Assembly (NCBI GenBank): GCA_013265495.1
Contig: MU061579.1
Span: 5,269,146 to 5,329,764 of the forward strand
DNA: 60,619 nt
Source of the DNA: Vicugna vicugna
Lineage: Eukaryota
Direction of reading: 5' to 3'
The notes under the pieces are model-generated. The model was given only the letters and a program-made list of their open reading frames with translations, was not told the origin of the DNA and searched no databases. Each line of letters begins with the position of its first letter. Position 1 is the first letter of the stretch. The position numbers were made by a program, and so were the translations under genes. Shown in pieces: positions 50,312-60,619 of this stretch.

Positions 50312-51299
50312 TGAAGATGTTTTAAATCCACCAAAGATGCAGTATATCTTCCTGAGATGCCAATAGGTTAAACATTTTCTTAATAATGGTATATTATCAG
50401 GAAATATCTCATTGTGATAACCAGCACCTGTATTATATTTCATTACCTTATGGTAAAGTATTAGCAGAAGTCATAGACAAATAAGTAGTTTTATGATATG
50501 AAGAGGTTATTATAATACATAGCATTCTGAGATTGACTGGTCATTCCAACCAAAGTGAAAATAACTTACTTTTAGAAAACTCAGTATTGCCAAACACTAG
50601 CAACACAAAAGCCAATAAAGACAAGAACAAATAGCAATAAAAATCTCGATTATCTCAAAGCTCACATCAAAATAAGAAATAACTAAGGATTGTGGTTTAA
50701 CTTGCATTTTAGAGGAATTTTATTTCAAACTTGGATGTGCTTTTGACACCCATGTAACAAATGACTATTTTTTAAACGAGGAAGAGAGAAGCAGCAGGAT
50801 GAGCTGACTGAACTAGGTGAAAAAAAAAAAAACTAGCATGTTTAGGTCCTGAAAGAATATTCATTATTCTAATCTGTTTATTATGTTGGAAGAATTTGAA
50901 AGAGGATCTTGTCTGGGGATTCTAGCAGAAGCCCAGGATACTTGGACATGTCAGGAATGATAAGCTATACTTTTTAAATACATTTAGTCCATCATCTCTT
51001 CTTATACTATGTATATATAGCTAGGAAATGATTTCCCACTTATGGACTTCCTTTTCTGGTTTCTATGCAATTAGGCATGGCCTTGTGAATATTCTTGCCA
51101 GTGTACATAAGAAGGGTGGGCATACCAAATCTGGGTCAAAGTTTATGAGCAGCAGGTGCAGAATATGCAAATTTGAAGCATTACATCTATACCTGAGATG
51201 TATCTAGTGAAAATCCTGAAATTTAGCATATATGGTATGAATGATTGGAACAGTAGGTTCCATCTCCCCTTGTCCCTGTCTGACCTTGTGGTGGGGGTG

Positions 51300-51781
51300 G
51301 CTTGAGTGTGTTCTACCTGTGGAAATAAGTGTGTACACAGACATCTCATGTGCTGGGTTTTACTAAAACCCTATTCTTTCCTTTATAATAAACAATCATA
51401 GCTAGAATGCACCTGCAGAGCTGGGCTCTACATTTCCCAGTCCTCTTTGTGCTTTGTTATGATCATGTGAATAGTTTTGCTTATTAAAAGTAAGTGGGAT
51501 TTTTGTACCACTCCTGATAAAGGATTGTTGAATAGCACGTGTGTGTCCTCTGTTCTCTTTCTTTTCCAACATCTGAATAAAATGACAATAACCTTCTGAG
51601 GGTGCAAGTGACACAAAACAGAAAAAGCCTGCATTTTGTAACAACTATATTAAAGAGAGTCATCTGCCAATCAGGAGTATCTACCTTAGACTCTTCTGGG
51701 AGCAAGAATAAAAATCTTTTGTCTTTGAGCTTTATTTATTTTTGGTTTGGTTTTTAAAGCAGTCTAATATACTGTAATACA
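51300..51781 (+). mobile_element. Old MLT1-type LTR
   Basis: 'ctgggctctacatttcccagtcctctttg...aagaataaaaatcttttgtctttgagc...taataca' end. Confidence 0.6.
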
Positions 51782-52129
51782 AAGTGCCATTGGGCCTTAA
51801 AACTGAAAATGTTCTGACACAGGTACATGCTACAAGACTAGAGAAGCTAACATTGGCTGAGAGTGAACAAGGTGACTAAAGAGTCCCAAACAGCTCTGGG
51901 TCAGATGTCCCAATGAAGCCCATTTGCTGTTATATGATAATAACCCAAAAATACTTATGGAGCTTCTTTTCTTTTATGCCAGTCACTTTTATAGGTTCCA
52001 GGGATGCAGTCAGGATAGACGTACACAGATTGTAGTTTGTACATGATGCAGGGGACTTCATTTAGAGTAGTGCAATGTACTTGCCATGGAGTAATTCTCA
52101 TAGATTAAGGTGATAATTATGACTCTAGC

Positions 52130-52640
52130 CTTGAGTTATTGGTACTTGGCAAACTACATACAGTAGTCAATCAAACAGACTTGCTTTCATAAAATTTATA
52201 ATCTACAGTGAAAAATAGGCAATAATTTAACTATAAATAGATATAAACTATAAATCTCTGATTGTAATAAATGTTAATGAATGAAAAATGAGCATGGGAA
52301 TAGACTAATCATGGTAAAAGATACTAATTTATATAGGGTTGTCAGAGAAGGCCTCATAGTGGGAGTAATATTTGAGTGCTACTTGAAATGATATGAGATA
52401 TTACTAACCTTTGTATGTGACTATTTGAGGGAAAAACATTTCAGACAGAGGGAAACACAAGTACAAAAGATTTGATAATGGTATGTTCCATGAACAGCAA
52501 GAAACACATTGTGGACAGAAATCAATGAAAAAGGTGGACAGTATTAGAAAATGAGTTTGAAATGCTATACATGTCCTAGATTGTGGAGGATTTTGTTGCC
52601 CTACGGCCTTAAGAATTTATTTTAGTTTTAATGGAAAATT
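52130..52640 (-). mobile_element. LINE-2 fragment
   Basis: 'tagggttgtcagagaaggcctc...atttgag...catttcagacagagggaaacacaagtacaaaag'. Confidence 0.6.
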
Positions 52641-54039
52641 AACACTGAGAGAAGCTCTCCCAAATATCCAAATAAAATATTTCAAGAAATACATACTATT
52701 TGTATTTTTCCAATGTTCTTGAAAGGTAAAAAAAGATAAACACTAAATTGATATTCTTGGACTCCAACTTCCTGGATCACAATCGTGAAAGTGTCTACAG
52801 GAAGGAAGCTGAGCAATTATGTATTTCATACAATAAATCCCCTGACATTTTCTGTTGAGATGAAGTTTGTCTATGAGAATAGGAAAGAGTCCACCATTAA
52901 GTAGTAGCTATTCCAATACCATCAAAACCAGACCATCTTTCTATTATATTTTGTTTATGGCTTTTTGCATTGGACACTTTAAATTCCAAAGTGTCAAATT
53001 CTGTTTAACTAAGAGTATAATCTTCTTGACTGAGAAGGGTTATGTTTGGATGTCTTGAATCATTCATTCAGTTGAGAAAATGATTCTCAAAGAAAGAAAA
53101 GTCTAATCTGTCTAATGAAATGGCTTTTATGTAATATGCCTGGTAAAGCAAACCTAGATACAGAAACATCCAGTATTACTCCAAGGATTTATATTGATTC
53201 CTGCTGCCTGTTCCAATAGGTAAAGAGGTATTGAAACGTTTTTGTTTAGAGATGAAAGTTATGAAAATGTGTATAGGCTTTTGAATTGTAAATTCAAAAG
53301 TTTTAAATTTGCATACGTTATATAGGTTTGCATAGATTATTACATACAGAAGAGTAAAATTCTGTGATAGGAAGGCAGAAATTTTGGCATAGGCTTTAGA
53401 GATGGCAAATTGGGTCTGTGGCAAGTTGAGTTCATGAAGTGAGTCATGTAAACAATAGGTTCAAGACAGTATTTTTCTGAGTACCCCTGAGGTTATTTAT
53501 GTTTGTCCGGATTGTCCATGTTGCCAACAGCACAGAGGAGGTTTTGATTTGCTTGGCAGACCTAAGTTTGAGTAGGATACTTAATCAGTGTCAGCTCTTT
53601 TCCAAGGGCCATGAGCAGAATTTTACCAGAAAACACAACTACTGAAACTCAATGCAAGACACATGAACATAGTTTTACATGCTGGCATCAGTCAGAATGA
53701 TGACATGCCGAGGGCCTGGATATAGTGGGTTACAGCTGGACACTGCTTGTCAGATGTGGATGACCCTTTTGTGCCCAAGCAAGAGATCATTTGTTCAACA
53801 AATATATCAGCAAGTATTCAATAAAATGCTACTAAAGGTCAAGCTCAGTTCTAGGCACTAGAGATTCAAAATAACCCACATTGTTCTAAGTATGATACCC
53901 AAGTGATTGCTGCCTTTCATGCTGGAACTAAAGATAATGTAGGGTACATCCTCATGGTGCTTGTAATATACTTGGTGCAGTTTACTTATAAAAACAAACA
54001 ATTAGGGAACAGTTTTAGTCAGTGTATCATAAGTGCCAG

Positions 54040-56360
54040 AATTAGGCTAAGAAAAATTAATGCTAAAGACCAAACCTCATAGGTGAACAACGCAGTGTAC
54101 TGTAAAGCAAAGATCAGGTAAGAAAATAAAGATCAATCTACAATGAAAGGACAAATATAAATGGCAAATATTTTAACCTGAAAATCAATGTGTTCAACAA
54201 ATCTCTAATTTTGTACTAAGAAATTTTAACCCCAAAATAAAACTACCATTGAGAGTTAATTTTAAGAGAATATCAAATTTATTAAATATGTGGAAATTCA
54301 GTTAACATACCTAAATGTATATAGCTTTGTTCCCCAGAAGCAGTGACTCCCCAGTAGCAGCAGTCACACCTAGTGTCCAGATGTTGGTTTCAATACCATT
54401 TTCTAGTAAGAAGAACTGAAGTTCCTTGAAGAAATAGCTCATTCTAAGACTTGGTCAGGAAATATACAAGATGAGCCTGGAGCATCTGATAGTGTCGGAA
54501 AGTAAGAAAGTGGTAAGAAAAAAGAATGATAGGGGTGTGACAAAGGGGCACAGGAAACTAACAGGACAAGTCAAGGAGCTCTCCTTGGTGAAAGTTGGAG
54601 TATTTTGAGTCACATAAAAATACAACAGCAGTATTAGATTATACCCAAAATTTAAATAAATATCCATGTGTCCATACTGATATAAATAATGGACTGAATT
54701 AATACATATATGGAGGATAGATAAATCTCCAGTGTAGAAGAATGCCAAATAAATTAACCCTTAGGGAGGTGAAGCGTATCTCCTTCGCCATAAGTGTAGA
54801 ATACACATGGAGTTGCTTCCAAAACATACTGTATGGAAATTGAGGAAAAAAGAGTGATTCCAGTGGAGAAACCTGGAGACACTACCTCAACCAGAGAATC
54901 AAGATCAGTAGTGATAAGTCACTTTAGTATGTAACCTTGACATGATTTGATGAGAATAGCACGTCCCTTCCATGGTGTTTCTCCCCAGAGCCATTAAGCT
55001 AGGTCTAATCAAGAAAAACACATGAACCATGTCCAAATTTAGAGAAATTCTTCTAAATACCCATCCAGGACTTCTCAAAAAGGGTAAAGACAATAAAAAA
55101 CAAGGAAATCTAAGTAACTGTCACAGCCAAGAGAAGCCTAAGGAAATGTGACAGCTCAGTATAATGTGGTATTCTGGACGGACTCTTGAAGTAGAAAATG
55201 GATACTAGGTAAAGTAAGGAAATCTGAATTTTAAAAAAGACCTAAGCTAATAATAATGTATCAGAATGTATTCATTAATTGTGAAGTGTATGCTGTACTG
55301 ATATATGGTATTACTAACAGGGGAAACTGGATGTGGCGTATATGGGAACTCTCTTTACTAACCTCTATTTTTCTGTAAGTCTATAATTATTATAAAATAA
55401 AAGTTAAAAAAGTAACAGGCAAATGATAGACGTGGAGAAAGTATTTGTAAAACATATATATAGTAAAAACATGTACTTAGAGTATATAAGTCTTACAACT
55501 TATTAAGAAGAGGAGAGTTAACTCATTTTTTGAGGAAACTTGGGGAACTATAGAAGTATTTATCTTGATTGGAGAGGTTACAAGACTGCGTACATCTGTC
55601 AAAACTTATTGAACTGTTTAATTTGTAAAGATGGATTTCATTAAAGATCATAGCTCAATAAACCTGTCTTCAGAAAAATGGAATTATAAATTTATTTATC
55701 TCAAAATTGCAGAAAAAAGTGAATTAAAAAACCTCAGGGGGCAAATAGAAATACCAACATGAATTCATAAATATCAATAACCACATTAAATTGAAGTGGT
55801 ATAAAAACACCAATTAAGAGGTAAAAATTCTCAAATTAGATAAAAAAGCAAGACTCAAATGCTTTCTATAAAAATACTGCTTCAAACTTAAAGATATAAA
55901 TTGTTTAAAAGTAAAATAATAAAATACACAGTACTAACTTTAATAAAAATAAAGTTGAAAGATCTATATTAATGTCAAAGTAGATTTTATGATAAAATGT
56001 TACTAGAGATAAAAAGATTATTTTCATGATAATGAATGGATCAATTCATAAGGAAGACATAAAAAGTATTTGTCTATGCACATAATAACATGAAAAAATT
56101 CTCAAAATTTATGTCAAGTGAAAAAAGGAAAAAATAATATTTATTACACAATCCCACTTATATAGCATTTTGGAGAGAAAAAATAATCTATAGTTAGAGC
56201 ATTATCAGTGATTTTCTGGGTGTGGAAGTAAGAGTAAATCGGGAGGAAAAATGACAGAAGAGCAGAGGAATCTTTGTAGGTGATGGATGTTTGTGTTGTC
56301 TTGTGATAATGTTTTCATGGCGCATATATACATCAAAATGTATCCAGTAATACATTTTAG

Positions 56361-56402
<42 letters not shown>

Positions 56403-56450
56403 GTATGTTGTAAAACAGTTATTACTTAATAAAATTGTAAAAAAAAATAA
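54040..56450 (+). mobile_element. Cluster of old sense-strand L1 fragments (L1MC/MD-like 3' UTR ~54330-55410 plus L1ME pieces)
   Basis: 'ccccagaagcagtgactccccagtagc...cagtggagaaacctgg...tgtcacagccaagagaagcctaaggaaatgtgacagct...gggaactctct...aaaataaaagtt'. Confidence 0.7.
56362..56396. repeat. (TA)n microsatellite
   Basis: Directly visible. Confidence 0.95.
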
Positions 56451-57739
56451 GTAAAAATCAATCAACTTGAAAAATTTACCCGAACATACCCTTCTTCTCA
56501 AAACACCTCAGTGGTTTTTCATCTTGCTCAATATCATCAGAAAATACTACGTTAGTAACATTCGGAAAGGATTTAGCTCTTTTCCAACCCTCTGAACACT
56601 TCCCTGGCCTTTCTCTCAATGCCACATTCTCTCTAGCCTCAGAAGACTTGTTTTGTGAACACAGCATGTGAATTCTTGTTTCACGAAATTTATCGTTGCT
56701 ATGCTCTCTACCCATTATACTTACCCCTTGATGCTGTATGCCTTTTACTCTTGAATCTAAAATTTCCTTTGATTTTCTAATATGCCATTATATAAAAACT
56801 ATTATTTATCAATAACAAGTTTTTCTTTCCACTGGTTAAGGATTTGCATATTTTCTGCTTTACAATTTTAGGTAAAAACTTCCCAAAATGTAGTAGTTTC
56901 AACAGAGAGTCTTAGTTCTGTTTTTTATACATATGAATCTACTCTTTCACTCTTAATGAACTATGAATGTTGATTCAGTGTTCTATCATTAACTATTTGA
57001 AAAGAATCTTCAGATGTTTCTAGAATTAACCAAAAGCAAGTGCTAAATTCTATGGACAACATTTTATTATTCTACATACTAATAAATAGTATAATACTGA
57101 ATCTTTGTGTTACTGAGTTCTGTAGTACATGTGTAAGATATTATTTATGTTTAGATCCTAAAATTTATTTAAGATAATTGCATCAGAATTTTAAAACTAA
57201 TGACTCCTCTGTTTCTTTTTGGTTTTCTTTTTATCTTGCTCTTCTGTGAGCATTTGCTACATTCACTAAAATCAATTGCATAGTTTTCCATTTGGAGTCT
57301 CACTGTACATAGTCTAGAATTTATCTGATTCCTGACAGTTGAAATAAACACATGTTTAATAAATATTACTTACTATGCAACCTGCTTTGTAGTGTTTTCA
57401 AAAGACCTATTAAGTTTTTTCTGCTTTATAGTTTTCTTTGTGTCAAGTTCAGTACTTTATATCTCCAGGAAACATTCAATTTATTGACAGATTTAAAATT
57501 TGTTAGAAAAAAATATGCATAATGTTATAGTTCGTCATACATATGACACATATGAATATGTATATAAGATATATAATATCCTTTTTCTCATCTGGAGATT
57601 TATACATGTAAATATATAATAGATATCATTTATATTTCTGTTACATAAATAAATAATTTACATAATTTATGATGTAATTACATACAATTTCTCCTAAATA
57701 ATTTAAGCATACTATCAGTAATTGCATATTTACATTTGT

Positions 57740-60320
57740 TCATAGCTTTTTAATGTAAAATTTATATAAAATGAAATGCACAAAGCTTAAATGCATGTTC
57801 GATTGGTTTTGACAAATTCAGATATCTTTGATATCCAAATACCTATCAAGATAAATAAAATTGCTGTCAATTCAGAAAGGTATCTGGCATCCCTTCCTGG
57901 TCAATCTCTGTTCTCATTCCCCAGAGGGAACCACTGTTCAGATTATTCTTCTCTGTTTCTTGTCTGATTTCTGTGCCTTAGACTTTCAATACTATGTTAA
58001 ATGGATGTGCCAAGACTGGGCATCCTTTTCTTATTCCCGATTTTAGAGGAAAAGCTTTCAGCTTTTCACCATTGAGTATGATGTTAGTTGTGGGTTTTGC
58101 ATAAATGGCCTTTATTATGTTGAAATATGTTCCCTCTGTACCTATTTTGGTGAGAGTTTTTATCATGAATGGATGTTGAGTTTTGTCAAATGTTTTTGTG
58201 CGTCTATTGATATGACCTAGTGATTTGTATTCTTTCTTTTGTTGATTCTTTTCTTTTGTGAGAATTGTACCTTCCTTACATCCCTGGAATTAATCCCACT
58301 TGATCATGGTATATGATCTTTTTAATATATTCTTGATTTCATTTTCACAATATTTTATTGGGGATTTTTGCATCTATACTCATTAGAGATACTGGCCTGT
58401 AATTTTCTTTCTTTGTAGTGTCTCTGTATGGTTATGATAACACAGAAATTGTGACTTTGTAGAATAAATTTGGGAATGTCCTAGCCTCTTCAATTTTTGG
58501 AGTAGTTTCAGAAGAATAGGTATTAGCTCTTCTTTATATGTTGGGTAGAATTTCTCTGTGAAGTTGTCTAGTCCTGAACTTTGTTTGCTGGGAATATTAT
58601 TATTACAATTTCACTGCTAATGATCAGTTCATTGAGATTGTCTATTTTTTCTTGATTCAGTCTTAGAATGTTGTTTGTTTCTAGAAATTTGTCCGTTTCT
58701 TTTGGGTTGTCCAATATGTTGGCATATAACTGTTCATAGCATTTCCTTATTTTTTTAAATTTCTGTGGTATTTGTTGTTGTCCTTCTCTTTCACTTCTAG
58801 TTTTGCTCATTTGGGTCCTCTTTTCTTGTTAATGAGTGTGGCTAATGGTTTATCAATTTTATTTATCTTTTTAAAGAACCAGCTTTTCATTTTATTGATC
58901 TTTTCTATTTTTTTGTAATCATTTTATGTCCTCTCTGATCTTTATATTTCCTTCCTTCTGCTGACTTTGGGATTTGTTTACTTTCCTTTTTCTAATTTCT
59001 TTAGTTGGAATGTTAGGTAGATTATTTGAGATTTTTCTTGTTTATTGAGTCAGGCCTATATTGCTATGAACTTCCCTCTTAGGACAACTTTTGCTGCACG
59101 AAGTAGAATTTGGAAAGTTTTGTTTCCTTTTTATTTGTCTTGAGGTATTTTTCTGATTTCCTCTTTGATGTCTTCATTGACTTATTAAGTTTTTAGTGGC
59201 ATGTGGTTTAGTATGCATGTGTTTGTGATTTTCCCATTTTTCATCCTTTAACTGGTTTATAGTTTTATGGAAGTGTGGTCAGAAAAAATGCTTGGTATGA
59301 CTTCTGTCTTATTAAATTTGTCAAAACTTGTTTTGTGGCTTCGCATGTGATCTGTGCTCGAGAATGCTCTGTGTGCATTTGAAAAGAATCTTCATTCTGC
59401 TCTTTTGGGATAGAATGTTCTGTAGATATCTACTAAGTGCAACTGCTCTATTTAGGACCACTGTTGCATTACCGATTTTCTGTCTGGAAAATCTGTCCAT
59501 TGATGTAAGTGGGGTTTTCAAAGTCCCCACTAGTATTTATTATTTTATTGTCAGTTTTTCCATTTATGTCTGTTAATATTTACTTTATACATTTTGGTGC
59601 TCCTCTATTGGGTATATATATATATATATAATTAGTATAATATCCTCTTTTTATTTTGAATTCTTTGTCATTTTATAATGCCTTTCTTTGTCTTTTGTTA
59701 TCAACTTTTTAAAAAAATCTATTTTGTCTTATATGAGTATTGCTATCCATAATTTTTTGTTGTTTCCATTTGCAGGAAATATCTTTTTTCATCCCCTCAT
59801 ATTCCGTCTTTGTATGTTTTTAGTTCAGAAGTGAGTAAGCAGCATATAGATGAGTCTTCTTTTTTATCCAATCAGCCATTCTGTGTCTTCTGATTGGAGA
59901 ACTAGTCCATTGACATTTAAAGTAATTATTCATAGGTATGTACTTATTTCTACTTTATTACTTGTTTTTCAGTTGTTTTTGTAGTTCTTCCCTTTTCTTT
60001 CCTTTTTCATTTATTACTTTTCTTCTGATTTTGCTTTTGATAATCTAGAAATGGAAATAGATTTGGCTTATCCCTAAGTCATGAAAATATTCATCTGTTT
60101 TTCTCTAAAAATACATATAGTTTAAATGTTTATGTTGAGGTTTATGATTAATCTAAATTCAATTTTTGTGTATAATGTGATATGGGGCTAAGTTTTATTG
60201 TTTTTTCTGCATGAATACCCAATTAATCCAGCACTATTTATTGAAAACACATTTTTCCCCATTGGATTTTTGTGGCATATTTGTCAGAGATAAATTTACT
60301 CTATATATGTGATTATATTT
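57740..60320 (-). mobile_element. L1 fragments, mainly ORF2 endonuclease-RT (~57950-60040)
   Basis: Minus ORFs: [49 protein letters not shown] (57978-58166) and YEQLYANILDNPKETDKFLET (58568-58810). Confidence 0.9.
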
Positions 60321-60619
60321 ATCAGGGAGATTGTAATGTACTTTTCTTTCCTCTTGATCTCACTTTCTTTTAGAATTTTTTTCTTAGAATTTAGTATTAA
60401 AAATATGCTAAAAGTGAAGATGACTATCCTTCGGTTTACATGTGTTCCCAAATGTCTGAAGAGGCCATCCCAGCTCTGATGACTTCATGCCAGCGGGGAT
60501 ATGTTTTTGTGTACAGCTTGCACTTGCATTTGCTCTGTTATTACCTTGTTTTTATAACATTTGGCTGCTGTTTTTTATGTCTTCTTGAGAAAGGATCTTG
60601 CAGGTGCGTTTACTGTGTC

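Larger units (their letters stand above)
49101..50335 (-). mobile_element. MLT1-type LTR split by two later insertions
   Basis: 'tgtatattagttatcta...caaattacc|ccaaaaattagtggcttaaaaacaa...cagtttctgtgggtcaggaattc' rejoins after removing 49138-49698. Confidence 0.7.

Overview
Mammalian (eutherian) genomic DNA, AT-rich and dominated by decayed interspersed repeats. I can support no intact protein-coding gene, RNA gene or CRISPR array. I see no Alu, B1/B2, Bov-tA, PRE-1 or CAN-SINE elements, which suggests a laurasiatherian, possibly a camelid (inference only). Main content: (1) a CpG island at ~2.05-2.9 kb containing a cryptic G/T/C-rich repeat, a probable promoter; (2) an unusually varied set of endogenous retroviruses: class III ERVL gag-pol (1-1.4 kb and 8.8-13.4 kb), a class I LTR-PBS(Ser)-gag stub (6.4-7.65 kb), a young-looking class II-type solo LTR with a perfect 6-bp TSD (9765-10282), a poly(A)-tailed ERV copy lacking U5 that was apparently mobilised by L1 (31.6-33.1 kb), and a near-complete decayed minus-strand provirus combining class III pro/pol with a gamma-type env (33.4-40 kb); (3) many L1, L2 and MaLR fragments, most long L1s on the minus strand; (4) small scars, including a 37-nt retrocopied mRNA 3' end, a perfect 31-nt palindrome and nested insertions. 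Repeat family names come from recalled motif resemblance, not a database search. Repeat boundaries are approximate unless a TSD is quoted. Exon models in the unique DNA are speculative.
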